A stretch of 64,000 nt of DNA. It comes from an archaeon (GTDB lineage Archaea; AGJL01; Methanococci; Methanococcales; Methanocaldococcaceae). The position numbers and the translations under genes are program-made. Shown here piece after piece: positions 21,043 through 32,760 of this stretch. The stretch spans positions 1-64,000 of the forward strand of contig JAJRSC010000015.1 in the NCBI GenBank assembly GCA_024278985.1, read 5' to 3'. The notes below the pieces were generated by a model. That model was not told where the DNA came from. It worked only from the letters and a program-made list of their open reading frames with translations, and did not search any database. Within the stretch, counting starts at the first letter, position 1. Each line of letters opens with the position of its first letter.

Positions 21043-21804
21043 GTGAGTTTTATGGATATTATTACACTAACCACAGATTTTGGAGATTCTGAAGGATTTA
21101 CTGGAGCAATGAAAGGGAAAATACTATCAACATTAAAAAAGTATAATAAAGATGCAAAAATTATTGATATTACCCACAATATTAAGCCATTTAATATCTA
21201 CCATTGTGCCTATGTATTATTAGAATTTGTTCCTTTTTTTCCTGAAGCTGTTCATATTGCTGTTGTAGACCCAACTGTTGGAAGTAAGAGAAGAAGTATA
21301 GTAATTGAAACTAACAAGGGTTTTTTAGTAGGTCCTGATAATGGTATTTTTAGTTATGTAACAGATATACTAAAAATAAAAAAGATTTATTTAATAGATG
21401 AAAAAAAATATACTCCTTCCAATACTTTTCATGGAAGAGATATTTATGCTGTTGTTGGTGCTGAATTAATATCTGGAGTTTTTGAAGGGATAGAAATTAA
21501 TGATTTTGTAAAGTTTGATAACTCTATTAAAAAAGTAATTCATATTGATAGATTTGGAAATATTATAACAAATGTTAAAGAGAATGAAATTAATTTTAAC
21601 TATGGAGATATTATAACTATCAAATTTATAACTAAAACAGGAATAAAAAAAATTAAATGTAAGTTTGTAAAGTCATATTTTGAAGAAAAAGAAGGTTTTT
21701 TATGCTTAATAAATAGTGAGGGATTTTTAGAAATTGCTAAATTTATGGATAATGCTGCTAAATATTTAGAGGTTGATTATTTAGATAGAGTAGAAATAAT
21801 TTAG
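21043..21804 (+). CDS. SAM hydroxide adenosyltransferase (DUF62/chlorinase-fluorinase family)
   Basis: LTTDFG, VVDPTVGS.R, GPDNG, TFHGRD, IDRFGN. Confidence 0.9.
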   Translation: MSFMDIITLTTDFGDSEGFTGAMKGKILSTLKKYNKDAKIIDITHNIKPFNIYHCAYVLLEFVPFFPEAVHIAVVDPTVGSKRRSIVIETNKGFLVGPDNGIFSYVTDILKIKKIYLIDEKKYTPSNTFHGRDIYAVVGAELISGVFEGIEINDFVKFDNSIKKVIHIDRFGNIITNVKENEINFNYGDIITIKFITKTGIKKIKCKFVKSYFEEKEGFLCLINSEGFLEIAKFMDNAAKYLEVDYLDRVEII

Positions 21805-22430
21805 TAGATGTTATATTTATTATCTCTTAAAAATCCTATAATTTTTATATTATGTTCTTTTGCTAACAATAGTGCATTATATGTTGGTGGAGCTTTTGAA
21901 ATAATAACTGGAATATTTGAATTAATAACTTTATTTATTATTTCTGAGTTTATTCTACCACTAAATCTTAAAATACTATTTCCAAGATTTAAATCATTTT
22001 TTACGGCAAAGCCTACAACCTTATCTATAGCATTATGTCTTCCAATATCTTCAACCATAAAAATTTTGTTATCTATAAACAACACTGCCCAATGAAAAGC
22101 ACCAGTTAATTTCCAATATTTAGGTTGTACCTTATAATTAATAGCCCTTTTAATGTCAATATTATAGTTTTTTTTAAGGTTTAATTTTCCTTCTTCCCCA
22201 TAAATATATATATTATCTCCAGATATCTTAACATCATCAACTCTTTTTAATAAACCTTCACTTATACTATATCCATAACCAAACTCTTCTAAGTTATTTG
22301 GGGATAAAGTAATTTTCCTAACAAATTTATCATTAATATATATATTTATATTTTTTTCTTCAGCAATATAATCTTTAGTTTCTATTATTTGATTATTTAC
22401 AACTTTTTTTATAACTACTTCTCTTATCAT
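21801..22430 (-). CDS. fdhD: formate dehydrogenase accessory sulfurtransferase FdhD
   Basis: TG..H.A, EDIGRHNAIDK, SGR motifs. Confidence 0.9.
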   Translation of the reverse strand: MIREVVIKKVVNNQIIETKDYIAEEKNINIYINDKFVRKITLSPNNLEEFGYGYSISEGLLKRVDDVKISGDNIYIYGEEGKLNLKKNYNIDIKRAINYKVQPKYWKLTGAFHWAVLFIDNKIFMVEDIGRHNAIDKVVGFAVKNDLNLGNSILRFSGRINSEIINKVINSNIPVIISKAPPTYNALLLAKEHNIKIIGFLRDNKYNIY

Positions 22431-22510
22431 TATTTCACGCTTAAATTAACTTATAATACTATTTTCTAAAACCTTTTTCTGTGTATTTATGTGTCATAAA
22501 TAAACACAAA

Positions 22511-22528
22511 ACCGTAAAATATATATAG
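22511..22528 (+). promoter_or_regulatory. probable BRE/TATA promoter of the thermosome gene
   Basis: ACCGTAAAATATATATAG about 60 bp upstream of the ATG; AGGTGA RBS follows. Confidence 0.55.
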
Positions 22529-22583
22529 AATATCTACAACATAATTATACCGAAGAAAGAGACAAAGAAAAAGGTGATAAAAG

Positions 22584-24217
22584 ATGGCAATGGCAGGAGC
22601 ACCAATAGTAGTTTTACCACAAAACGTTAAAAGATACGTAGGAAAAGACGCTCAAAGAATGAATATCTTAGCAGGTAGAATAATCGCTGAAACTGTTAGA
22701 ACTACCTTAGGACCAAAAGGAATGGACAAAATGTTAGTAGATGAATTAGGAGACATTATTGTAACTAACGATGGAGTTACAATATTAAAAGAAATGAGTG
22801 TTGAACATCCAGCTGCTAAAATGTTAATTGAAGTTGCTAAAACCCAAGAAAAAGAAGTTGGAGATGGAACAACTACCGCAGTAGTTATTGCTGGAGAATT
22901 ATTAAAACAAGCTGAAGAATTATTAGACCAAAATATCCACCCAACTGTAATAATAAATGGATTTGAATTAGCAAGAAATAAAGCAATTGAAGAAGTTAAA
23001 AACATTGCTAAAGAAATAAAAGCTGATGACAAAGAAATGTTAAAGAAAATTGCAATGACTTCAATTACTGGTAAAGGTGCAGAAAAAGCAAGAGAAAAAT
23101 TAGCTGATATTGTTGTTGAAGCTGTTACCTCTGTTGTTGATGAAGAAACTGGAAAAGTTGATAAAGATTTAATAAAAGTTGAGAAAAAAGAAGGAGCTCC
23201 AATTGAAGAAACAACTTTAATAAGAGGAGTAGTTATTGACAAAGAAAGAGTACATCCAGAAATGCCAAAAAGAGTAGAAAATGCTAAGATTGCATTGTTA
23301 AACTGTCCAATTGAAGTTAAAGAAACTGAAACTGATGCTGAAATAAGAATAACTGACCCTGCTAAGTTAATGGAATTCATTGAACAAGAAGAAAAAATGA
23401 TTAAAGATATGGTTGAAAAAATAGCCTATACTGGGGCTAATGTTGTATTCTGTCAAAAAGGAATTGATGACTTAGCACAATACTACTTAGCTAGAAAGGA
23501 ATCTTAGCAGTTAGAAGAGTTAAAAAATCAGATATGGAAAAATTAGCTAAAGCTACTGGTGCAAGAATAGTAACTAAAATTGATGACTTAACTGCTGAAG
23601 ATTTAGGAGAAGCTGGATTAGTCGAAGAGAGAAAAGTTGCTGGAGACGCAATGATATTTGTTGAAGAATGTAAACATCCAAAAGCAGTTACAATATTAGC
23701 AAGAGGAGCAACTGAACACGTTGTTGAAGAAGTTGCAAGAGCTATTGATGACGCTATTGGAGTCGTTAAATGTGCATTAGAAGATGGAAGAATTGTAGCT
23801 GGTGGAGGAGCAGCTGAAATAGAATTAGCTAAAAGATTAAGAAAATATGCTGAAAGTGTTGCAGGAAAAGAACAATTAGCAGTTAAAGCATTTGCAGATG
23901 CTTTAGAAGTAATTCCAAGAACATTAGCAGAAAACTCTGGATTAGACCCAATCGACATGTTAGTTAAATTAAGAGCTAAACATGAAGAAGAAGGCGGAGA
24001 AACTTATGGATTAGATGTCTTCAGTGGAGACGTTGTTGACATGTTTGAAAAAGGAGTAGTCTAACCATTAAAAGTTAAAACACATGCAATCGATTCCGCA
24101 ACTGAAGCATCTATAATGTTGTTAAGAATTGACGATGTCATAGCAGCAGAAAAATCAGATTCAGATAAAGGAAAAGGAGGAGAAGGCTCAGACATGGGCG
24201 GAGATGAAGAATTCTAA
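22584..24217 (+). pseudogene. ths: thermosome (group II chaperonin); 1-bp frameshift near 23493-23498 and in-frame TAA at 24062-24064 as assembled (probable errors)
   Basis: [22 protein letters not shown]; after the TAA the frame continues [26 protein letters not shown]...GGDEEF*. Confidence 0.92.
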
Positions 24218-24259
24218 TCTCCTAAACTCTTAAAATTTTATTTTTTTATTATTTTATAT

Positions 24260-24919
24260 TTATAAATTTTTATATTTGATATCTTTTATATAAATTTTAA
24301 TTTCATAATTTTTTATAACTTCTTTGTAGGTATTAATAGATTTTTTTACTGTCTCTTTAATATTTCCTTCTAAATTTGAAGTAGATACTTTTAGATTTTT
24401 TAATTCATAAATCAAATAACCCTCTGTTATATTTTTTGGAACTTTAAATATTAATAACCCAGTATAGGAAGTATAAGGTCTTAAATTTACCATTGTTAAA
24501 CTATTTTCAACATCTAAATAATCCTCAGGATAATATTTATTTCCACTATTATCTATAAAATAAAAATCTAAATTACTTACAAATAAAGGATAATTTCTAT
24601 TATTATTAATTTCCAATTTTATAACTAAATAGGATAAAGAATTATTTTCTATTTTTTTTGTTCCTAAGCTCCCTTTTATCTCATCAGTTTTATAAACATC
24701 AATTACCTTAATAGTTAGGTTATGAATAACTACAGGTTTTTCTTGTGTTGTATTTACTACTATAGGCTTTTGAGTTATTATAGATAATAACCCATCATTA
24801 GTATTATTTTTATTATCTTCATCTCCAAGAAAAGAGTTTATAAAATTAATTAGAGTGGCTCCTGAGAAGATTAATAAAATAAATAATACTAATAAATAAA
24901 TTAATGTTCTGATTCCCAT
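24260..24919 (-). CDS. DUF4352-like membrane-anchored Ig-fold protein
   Basis: N-terminal TM; F...D..G..Y and L.P.....G.L.F.VP pattern. Confidence 0.65.
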   Translation of the reverse strand: MGIRTLIYLLVLFILLIFSGATLINFINSFLGDEDNKNNTNDGLLSIITQKPIVVNTTQEKPVVIHNLTIKVIDVYKTDEIKGSLGTKKIENNSLSYLVIKLEINNNRNYPLFVSNLDFYFIDNSGNKYYPEDYLDVENSLTMVNLRPYTSYTGLLIFKVPKNITEGYLIYELKNLKVSTSNLEGNIKETVKKSINTYKEVIKNYEIKIYIKDIKYKNL

Positions 24920-25326
24920 ACATCATCCCCAAAGAATAATTTAATCTCCCTCTCTGCACTTTTTTTGGAATCAGAAGCATGAATAATATTTTCTGGTAGT
25001 TTTGTACCAAAATCTCCTCTTATAGTTCCTGGGTCTGCCTCAGTTGGGTCAGTCATCCCTATCATTTTTCTAACTACTGAAATAGCATTTTCCCCTTCAA
25101 TAACCATTAAAACTATTCTCCCAGAAGTTATAAAATTAATTAAATCCTCAAAAAAATCTTTTCCTTTATGTTCTTCATAGTATTTTTCGGCAAGTTCTCT
25201 ATTTAATCTAACCATTTTCATAGCTATAATATCAAGCCCTTTATTTTCGAATCTTTCTATTATTTTTCCTATTAGTTTTCTTTTAACAGCATCTGGTTTT
25301 ATAGCAACAAAAGTTTTTTCCTTCAT
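24901..25326 (-). CDS. ndk: nucleoside diphosphate kinase
   Basis: [22 protein letters not shown]. Confidence 0.96.
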   Translation of the reverse strand: MKEKTFVAIKPDAVKRKLIGKIIERFENKGLDIIAMKMVRLNRELAEKYYEEHKGKDFFEDLINFITSGRIVLMVIEGENAISVVRKMIGMTDPTEADPGTIRGDFGTKLPENIIHASDSKKSAEREIKLFFGDDVWESEH

Positions 25327-25337
25327 ATCTATCCCCC

Positions 25338-26498
25338 TTATATAAGATTAATAAATTTACCTAAACAGTAAAATACTCCTATAGATGCTCCAATATTAGA
25401 TAATGTGGCAACCAATAAAATTCTAAATAAATTATTATTTAGAAGTTCTTTTAATGAATTTGTATTTATAAAATTAATTATATCCTCTTCATTGATTTCT
25501 CTAAATTTTAACTCTATTAATCCTGTTACAGTTCCTACAGCAGCAAATGGTAATGGGATAAGAGTAGTTATTGGAGCTGATAAAAAAGCAACTAATGCAG
25601 TTAATGGTTTTCCCCTTGCTAATATTACTCCCAAACTTGCAAGTCCTCCAGTTAATAGTATCCAATTTATTGTTAATAACTTTAAAATATCTGGATTGTT
25701 TATAGAATAAAATATTATATAACCTAAAATTCCAAATATTGCAATGGTTAATAAATAGCTAAATATCTTTCCAATTTTAAATTTCTTTTTTTTAACTTTT
25801 AATAATTCATATATATCATAATCATAACCATCCTTTAATTTCTCTAAATAGTTTATGATTCCTTTAACATGCCCTGCTCCTACAACAACAACTAAAGAGT
25901 TTTTAACTTTACTCAACTCAAAAATCTTTTTTGCCATATATCTATCTCTTTCATTAACTAAAACCCTAAACATTGTTGGAGACATATCTTTAAGTAATGA
26001 AATAAATTTTTCTGGATTTTTAATCATTTTATTTATATCCTCTTCAGAAACTTCAATTTCTTCAGCATTTAAAATTTCATAAAATAGTTTTAATTTTTCT
26101 TTTAGAGACATTTCATTTAATAATCTTGACAATGTTATATTAATATCTCTATCTATTAGATATATAGGAATTGATAAAGAAGAAGCCATATCTATAGCAG
26201 TTTTCATTTCTTCTCCAGGTTTAATTCCAAAACTTTCTCCAATCTTTTTTTGAGAACTTGCCAATATAATGTAAATTAAAAATTTTGTAAAATCTCCTGT
26301 TTTTAAAACTTGTTTAATATCTATCTTTTTTTCTCATGAAATTAATGATAAAAATCTTTTTTCATCTAATTCAACTGCTACTCCTTCTGGATTAACTTGA
26401 TTAATAATATTTTTAACCTCTTCAATACTATCTTTAGAAATATGTGCAGTTCCTACTAAATAAATCTTACAATTGTTTATTTCAATTTCCTTTATCAT
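25338..26498 (-). pseudogene. TraB/GumN-family protein with an in-frame TGA at 26334-26336
   Basis: N-terminal IYLVGTAHIS..S, VAVELD..R is in frame with PGEEM, ERD.YMA, VVGAGH and the C-terminal TMs. Confidence 0.85.
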
Positions 26499-27658
26499 AA
26501 AAATGCCCTCTTTATAATTATTGTTGCATAACTTCCTTTATTTAATTGAAAATTTAATTTTAGTTTATATTTATTTTTATTTAATTCATCTTCTTCAAAA
26601 TTACCTACTTTTAAATTTTTTGGAATATTTAATATATTTCTTTCTGAATATATAAATCTTCCTATTATATTTAATTTATTTAGCTCTTCCATTCTTATAT
26701 TCTCCTTTTTTAGAATTTTATTAATTATTTTTAGTTCATCATCATTATATTTTCCATCTGGAGAAATTGTAGGAAATTTTTTATTTTTAAGTTCTAAAAA
26801 TATATCATCATCTATATTTAGATAGAACATTAATTCTCCACATTCATATTTATAATAAACCCTATCTTCTTTAGGAATATATTTATATAAAAACTCTTTT
26901 ACACATTCATTCCACAAATAACTTTGATAAGCTGAGACAAATATTTTTTTTAATCTATTATCAACATATTTTAAAGCTTTTTTATAGTCATTACTCTTTT
27001 TTAGTTCTCTTACAATATTTACAAACATCTTAGCTTTTATGTTATTGTCCTCTATATACTTCCAAATTTTGCTCCAATCTCCCCAATGTTGATTTATAAA
27101 TCTTTTTAAATCTTTGATTTTCTTTTTTTCTGATTTTTTATATTTTGTTAATAAAATTTTTATAGCTTCTTCATAATTTCCTTTTATAATCTCCTTAGCA
27201 ATAAATTTTTTGTTAAATACACTTCCAAATCTTTGACTATCAAAGTAGTTAGGAGCTCCTAAATAAAGATTTCTTAAATTTTCTTTTATTCTTTCAATAT
27301 CTTCCTTTTTAATATCTCTAACAGTTATTTCAAATTTATTTCCTTCTAAATCTCCTAATAATAGAAATTTACTTTCACCTATATGTTTAACTTTTAAATT
27401 TTTCTCATCCAACTCTAATATCCCATACTTTTTTGGAATAGATATATATTGAGTGGTTATAGCATGTCTATCTTTTAACCCACAGTAACCAATATCTTTA
27501 AGAGGAATTTTAAATTTCTTAGATATATATGAAAAAGCTTTTAAACTTTCAATATTTCTTTTAGTTAATTTATATAAATAACATTTATTTCCTTTAATCT
27601 TTTCAAAATCAACAATCTCCTCCACAATAAAATCCTCTGGTTTCATTCTTAACTTCAT
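26495..27658 (-). CDS. truD: tRNA pseudouridine(13) synthase TruD
   Basis: EDF.VEE, GLKDRHA.T.Q, PNYFDSQRFG, G.YAT. Confidence 0.93.
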   Translation of the reverse strand: MKLRMKPEDFIVEEIVDFEKIKGNKCYLYKLTKRNIESLKAFSYISKKFKIPLKDIGYCGLKDRHAITTQYISIPKKYGILELDEKNLKVKHIGESKFLLLGDLEGNKFEITVRDIKKEDIERIKENLRNLYLGAPNYFDSQRFGSVFNKKFIAKEIIKGNYEEAIKILLTKYKKSEKKKIKDLKRFINQHWGDWSKIWKYIEDNNIKAKMFVNIVRELKKSNDYKKALKYVDNRLKKIFVSAYQSYLWNECVKEFLYKYIPKEDRVYYKYECGELMFYLNIDDDIFLELKNKKFPTISPDGKYNDDELKIINKILKKENIRMEELNKLNIIGRFIYSERNILNIPKNLKVGNFEEDELNKNKYKLKLNFQLNKGSYATIIIKRAFL

Positions 27659-27691
27659 AATAATTCACCAATTATTTAGGGGGGTTAAGTT

Positions 27692-28582
27692 ATGATTTCT
27701 GTTGTAGGCCATACTGCTGTAGATCATATATTTAATATTGAGAAATTCCCAGAGCCAAATACATCCATTCAAATACCAACAGTTAAAAAATATTTTGGTG
27801 GAGCTGCTGCAAATGTCTCAGTTGCTATAAAAAAACTTGGTTATAATTCTGAACTTATATCATGTGTTGGGTATGACTTTGAATTCTTAAATTATGAAAG
27901 TTATTTAAAAAATATTGGTGTAAATATTTCTAAGTTGTATTACTCTACTGAAGAGGAAACTCCTAAGGCATGGATATTTACTGATAAAGATAACAATCAA
28001 ATGACATTCTTCTTATGGGGAGCCTCTAAGCACTTTAAAGATTTAAGTCCAGAATTGCCAGATGGAGAAATTATTCATATAGCTACAGGTGACCCTGAAT
28101 ATAACCTGAAAGTAGCCAAAAATAAAAAGGCTATTATCTCCTTTGACCCAGGACAGGATTTACCTCAATATAGTAAAGATACTTTATTTAATATTATAAA
28201 AAATACTAACTTTTTATTTTTTAATAATTATGAATTTGAGAAAGCCAGTAAATTATTAAATTTTGATATTAAAGATTATTTAAAATATGTTGATGCCCTT
28301 ATAATTACTTATGGTAAAGAAGGAAGTAAAATATATACAAAGGATAATATCATAAATATCCCATGCATAAAATCCAATGCTACTATTGACCCTACTGGAG
28401 CAGGAGATGCATATAGAGCTGGTTTTTTAGTTGGTTATCTTAAGTATAAAGATTTTTATAAAGCTGGATTATTGGGTTCAGCTGTTGCTTCTTTTGTTGT
28501 TGAAAAAAAAGGATGCCAAACTAATTTACCAACTTTTGATATGGTTTTAGAAAGATTAAAAAATAATGGTTATCAATTATAG
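27692..28582 (+). CDS. PfkB-family nucleoside kinase (MJ0406-like)
   Basis: GGAAANV, FDPGQ, DPTGAGDAYRAG. Confidence 0.88.
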   Translation: MISVVGHTAVDHIFNIEKFPEPNTSIQIPTVKKYFGGAAANVSVAIKKLGYNSELISCVGYDFEFLNYESYLKNIGVNISKLYYSTEEETPKAWIFTDKDNNQMTFFLWGASKHFKDLSPELPDGEIIHIATGDPEYNLKVAKNKKAIISFDPGQDLPQYSKDTLFNIIKNTNFLFFNNYEFEKASKLLNFDIKDYLKYVDALIITYGKEGSKIYTKDNIINIPCIKSNATIDPTGAGDAYRAGFLVGYLKYKDFYKAGLLGSAVASFVVEKKGCQTNLPTFDMVLERLKNNGYQL

Positions 28583-28591
28583 GTGGATAGA

Positions 28592-29508
28592 ATGGGAATA
28601 ATTAGAGAAATAAAAAACTAAAAGAAGAAAAAAATGCTATTATTTTAGCCCATAATTATCAACCTTATGAAATTCAGAGAATTGCTGATTTTCTTGGAGA
28701 TTCTTTAGAACTTTGTATTAAAGCAAAAGAAACTGATGCAGATATTATAGTTTTCTGTGGAGTAGATTTTATGGCTGAAACTGCTAAAGTGATTAACCCA
28801 GATAAAAAAGTTTTACTTCCAGAGGTTAAAGATACTCAATGTCCAATGGCTCATCAACTACCAAAAGAAATTATTATTGAATATAAAAAAAGATATAATA
28901 ATGCTCCATTGGTTGTATATGTCAATACTACTGCTGAAACAAAAGCAATGGCTGATATTGTATGTACTTCTGCAAATGCTTTAAAAGTTGTTGAAAGTTT
29001 AGAGGAAGATGTTATTTTATTTGGTCCAGATAAAAATCTGGCATATTATGTACAAAAAAATACAGATAAAAAGGTTATTCCTATTCCAAAAGATGGAGGT
29101 TGTTATGTGCATCAACTTATTACTATTGAGGATGTAAAAAAAGTAAAAGAAAAATATCCTGATGCTATTTTATTGGTACATCCAGAATGTAATCCAGAAA
29201 TACAAGATGAAGCTGACTATATATTAAGTACCAGTGGTATGGTTAAAAAAGTTATTGAAGAGGAAGGAATTTATATTATTGGAACAGAAGTAGGTTTAAT
29301 AGATAGGATAAAATATGAAATTGAAAAGAAAGGTTTAGATAATAGAGAATTAATTCCTCTAAATGAAAATGCAATATGTAAAGAAATGAAACAAATTACT
29401 TTAGAAAAGCTTTATAGAGCATTAAAAGAAGAGATATATGAAGTTGTTCTAAGTGATGAAATTATTGAGAAGGCAAAAAAACCAATTGAGAAAATGCTGA
29501 AATTATGA
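28592..29508 (+). pseudogene. nadA: quinolinate synthase; 1-bp deletion in the A-run at ~28612-28617 as assembled
   Basis: ILAHNYQ, GDSL, FCGV.FMAE, CPMA, C.VH, HPEC; GGTGG RBS before ATG 28592. Confidence 0.92.
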
Positions 29509-29873
29509 GAATTGAAGAAAATGAAATTTTTAACAAATATTTTAAAAATCTTTCAGATAAGGAGAGGGCTATTTTTGAGGGAGGAATTAGTTTAGGGGCG
29601 TTATTCCACCAATTTGTAGGAACTCCTGTAAATAAAAAGAGTAAGGAAAGTTTAGAGAAAGCTATTGAAGAGAGTATAAAAAACCAGCCATTTGTTGAAG
29701 ATGTAAGAGTTAATATAAAGAATGTAGAAGAAAAATATAAGTCATTAAGTGGAGATATGTTATATGTTGAACTAACTATAAAAGTTAATAAAATTAGAGT
29801 ATATTTTAAATTAGAATATATTAAAGAGTTGGACTACCCTTTAATGTATATTGAAAAAATTGAAAAACTTTAA
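29505..29873 (+). CDS. mptD: archaeal dihydroneopterin aldolase
   Basis: ERA.FE.GI.LGALFHQF.GTPV and YPLMY. Confidence 0.9.
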   Translation: MRIEENEIFNKYFKNLSDKERAIFEGGISLGALFHQFVGTPVNKKSKESLEKAIEESIKNQPFVEDVRVNIKNVEEKYKSLSGDMLYVELTIKVNKIRVYFKLEYIKELDYPLMYIEKIEKL

Positions 29874-29887
29874 TTAGGTAGATAATA

Positions 29888-31993
29888 ATGAAGAAATTAA
29901 TGTTTTTATTAATTTTATTTTCTTTACCTTATGTTTTTTCAGAAAGTTTAGAGTATAAATATATCTCTACTATCCCAATTGAGTTAATAAAGTTATCAGA
30001 TATAAAAAGTATTGATGAATTAAACAAAATATTAGATAATAACAATACATTAACTATTTTATGCTTAGACAAATTAGATAAAAATACAAGATATTTATTA
30101 ACATACTTAGGTGTTAAAGAATATACTCCTTCAAAAATTCCAGATTTATATAACTATACCTTAGTAACTGATAAAATACTATTATATAAAAAATATACTG
30201 TTTATAGAGATGAAGATGGGATTTATATTTTCAATCCTCCTGTTAATGTTAATCATTCTAAATTTGAATTTATCAAACCATATATAATAAAAGTGCCTAA
30301 TCCAAAGTATATTCCTAACTTTGATGGTTATGTTTTAATAAATAATGGAACATTTATTCTATATCCAAAAAAATATGTTATTAGAAGAGCAGATGGAAGT
30401 TATATTTTTATTCCTCCAAAAAATAAAAGTGATGAGTATAGGGTTATATATACATTTAACAAACCCCCAACAATGATTCCTGAAACATATAATTATACAT
30501 TTGTAGATAATAAAGGAATCTTTATAATTTATCCAAAAAAGTACTACATAAGAAATAAAGATGGAATTTATATTTTTTATCCTCCTGTCAATGTTAGTAA
30601 GAAAACAGTATATAAAATCTCCTATCCAAAAATATCTGATGGTGTTTATGAGATAAGAAAAAATAAGCTTTTATTTTTGTATGATACAAATCTTAACAAT
30701 ATTAAAACATTAAATATTATTGGGAAATATATAGCTAAAAATGGAGGAGTTTTTGCATATATAAATAAGGTTCCACCATACTACAAAAATATTTTAGTTG
30801 CTGGTGTTGGAATACAGAAAATAATTCCTGATGAAAATGGAGATTATGCCATTGAAGTTGCAGGAAGAAAAATAAAAGTTGATTTATTAGATGAGGATGT
30901 TATTAAAAATAAATTAAAATCAATCAAAGCTCTAAAATCTTTAGGAATTAATGTTAGTTATATTGTAACTGGAGATGAAGGAATAAAATTAGTTCAAAAA
31001 ACTGATGTTGATATAGATGAAGCTAAAGAATTGTTAAATGACTATTGGTTTAAAAAATATTACACTAACTATACCCACCTCTATTTTAATTCATATTATT
31101 CCTATTATATAAATAATGATGATATTGTTGGTTTAAGTTATTATCCACTAATATACTTAGAAAAAGCTCCTGAAACTTTTGATGAACCATATGGAGATTT
31201 ATATCCTAATGTAATCCATTATAAAGGAACTGAAGATTATGGATATTGGGAGTATGGACCAGAATCTAAAAATGAATATTATCATGAAGATAATGAGCCA
31301 TTTTGGAATGATAATGAAAAGTCAGCTGAAGGTTGGTACTATGAAGGAAGATATGTAACTGATGATTCTGATTTATGGGAAAGATATAAATATTTTGAAG
31401 ATTGGTATGTTAGAAACTATGCCTATTTATTAGCTAAGGGTGTTGATGGATTATTTTTATTATCCTCAGATTCTTATTTGCTTAATGTAATTTTAGGTAA
31501 AGAGGATTTAAATTCTGATAATTATAGTTATTCATTAGATATTAACAAAAAAATTAAGTATCTTATAGTTCCAGGTAGCAAAGGATTCAATATAGTTGAT
31601 AATATTCCTATTATTTATATTCCAACACTATTATGTGATTATTATGGTGTAAAAATTTTAAATATGACTTATATCCCTCCTAAAGATGAAGATTTTGGAG
31701 TTTATGTATCAAATATAATAATGTTTAAGCCAAAATTATTGATTGAACTAAAAGAAAATGGTACTTGTATAATGGACTTTAAAAATTTAGCTGAATGGCT
31801 TACAAAGTATAAGAAAAACTTTATAATTTTTAAAAAAAGAAATGTTATATACATAAAAGATAACAAAAATGTAAAGATAACTATATTTAAAAAGAACTTT
31901 CCATATAACCTATACAATATAGAGGAATACAAAAAAGATAGTTATATGTATGTAATTGATAATCCTCCTAAATATATTTATTTAGGTGACTAA
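29888..31993 (+). CDS. large secreted protein with three internal ~50-aa repeats (MJ0409-like)
   Basis: Signal peptide; repeats IP..YNY......YPKKY..R..DG.YIF.PP; aromatic/acidic C-terminal half. Confidence 0.7.
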   Translation: MKKLMFLLILFSLPYVFSESLEYKYISTIPIELIKLSDIKSIDELNKILDNNNTLTILCLDKLDKNTRYLLTYLGVKEYTPSKIPDLYNYTLVTDKILLYKKYTVYRDEDGIYIFNPPVNVNHSKFEFIKPYIIKVPNPKYIPNFDGYVLINNGTFILYPKKYVIRRADGSYIFIPPKNKSDEYRVIYTFNKPPTMIPETYNYTFVDNKGIFIIYPKKYYIRNKDGIYIFYPPVNVSKKTVYKISYPKISDGVYEIRKNKLLFLYDTNLNNIKTLNIIGKYIAKNGGVFAYINKVPPYYKNILVAGVGIQKIIPDENGDYAIEVAGRKIKVDLLDEDVIKNKLKSIKALKSLGINVSYIVTGDEGIKLVQKTDVDIDEAKELLNDYWFKKYYTNYTHLYFNSYYSYYINNDDIVGLSYYPLIYLEKAPETFDEPYGDLYPNVIHYKGTEDYGYWEYGPESKNEYYHEDNEPFWNDNEKSAEGWYYEGRYVTDDSDLWERYKYFEDWYVRNYAYLLAKGVDGLFLLSSDSYLLNVILGKEDLNSDNYSYSLDINKKIKYLIVPGSKGFNIVDNIPIIYIPTLLCDYYGVKILNMTYIPPKDEDFGVYVSNIIMFKPKLLIELKENGTCIMDFKNLAEWLTKYKKNFIIFKKRNVIYIKDNKNVKITIFKKNFPYNLYNIEEYKKDSYMYVIDNPPKYIYLGD

Positions 31994-31995
31994 TA

Positions 31996-32760
31996 ATGAA
32001 AATAGCCTTTTATAACCTCCAAGGAGGTACAGGAAAAACAACTTTAGCAACAAATTTTGCTTACTATTTAAGCCAATCTATAAAAACTGCTTATATTGAC
32101 TGTGATTTTTTTGCAGGAACTTCATCATTTGTTTTTAATTTGGAAGATGTTGAACATAATATAAATACTTATTTTATAGGAGAGTCTACATTAGAAGATA
32201 TTATGTATAATTATGATGACTTAATTGTTATACCTGCTGGAGTTACTACTGAAGTTTTTCAAAGTAAATTTGATACTGAAAAGTTTAATGATTTATTAAC
32301 TTTTTTAGCTGATGAATGTGAAATTATTGTCTTAGATTTACCTCCAAACATTACTGAGGATAATATACTAACATATGCAGGTATATATGAATATATAGAT
32401 AAAGTTCTTATCGTTTCTGATGATAGTATTCCAGGGATTTCCAATACCTTAAAAACCATGGATTTATTGGAAGATTTAGGATTAGGAAATGAGGGGATTA
32501 TTGTTAATAAATATGTTGGACATACTGATTTAGAGGAAATTGCAGATGATTTATTAGGTGTTTTACCTTATGATATTAATGTAGAAAGACAATGGAAAGA
32601 AAGTACTCCAATAATAAGAATGAAAACAAAATTCTCAAAAGAATTTAAAAAGTTTATTAATAATACTGTTAAAACATACTTAGAGAAAGATTTAGCATCA
32701 CTAAGAGCTTTAAAATTAGCCAAAGAGATATATGGATTAGAAGATGAGGAGGAATTATAA
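31996..32760 (+). CDS. MinD/ParA-family ATPase
   Basis: QGGTGKTT deviant Walker A, IDCD, VLDLPP, IVNK, LPYD. Confidence 0.85.
   Translation: MKIAFYNLQGGTGKTTLATNFAYYLSQSIKTAYIDCDFFAGTSSFVFNLEDVEHNINTYFIGESTLEDIMYNYDDLIVIPAGVTTEVFQSKFDTEKFNDLLTFLADECEIIVLDLPPNITEDNILTYAGIYEYIDKVLIVSDDSIPGISNTLKTMDLLEDLGLGNEGIIVNKYVGHTDLEEIADDLLGVLPYDINVERQWKESTPIIRMKTKFSKEFKKFINNTVKTYLEKDLASLRALKLAKEIYGLEDEEEL

Noticed and set aside
23491-23500. Programmed frameshifting in ths (also hisF and nadA)
   Set aside because: No precedent known to me for these genes; the lesions are 1-bp deletions at A-runs, and ths also has a nonsense codon
22652-23958. Long antisense ORFs opposite ths (and similar ones such as 37698-38192, 9166-9480, 47436-47795)
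   Set aside because: Shadow frames of real genes with biased codon usage; no RBS or recognisable motifs
26334-26336. In-frame TGA in TraB as selenocysteine
   Set aside because: It falls in a variable loop with no conserved Cys context, TraB is not a known selenoprotein, and GGA>TGA fits the window's error pattern
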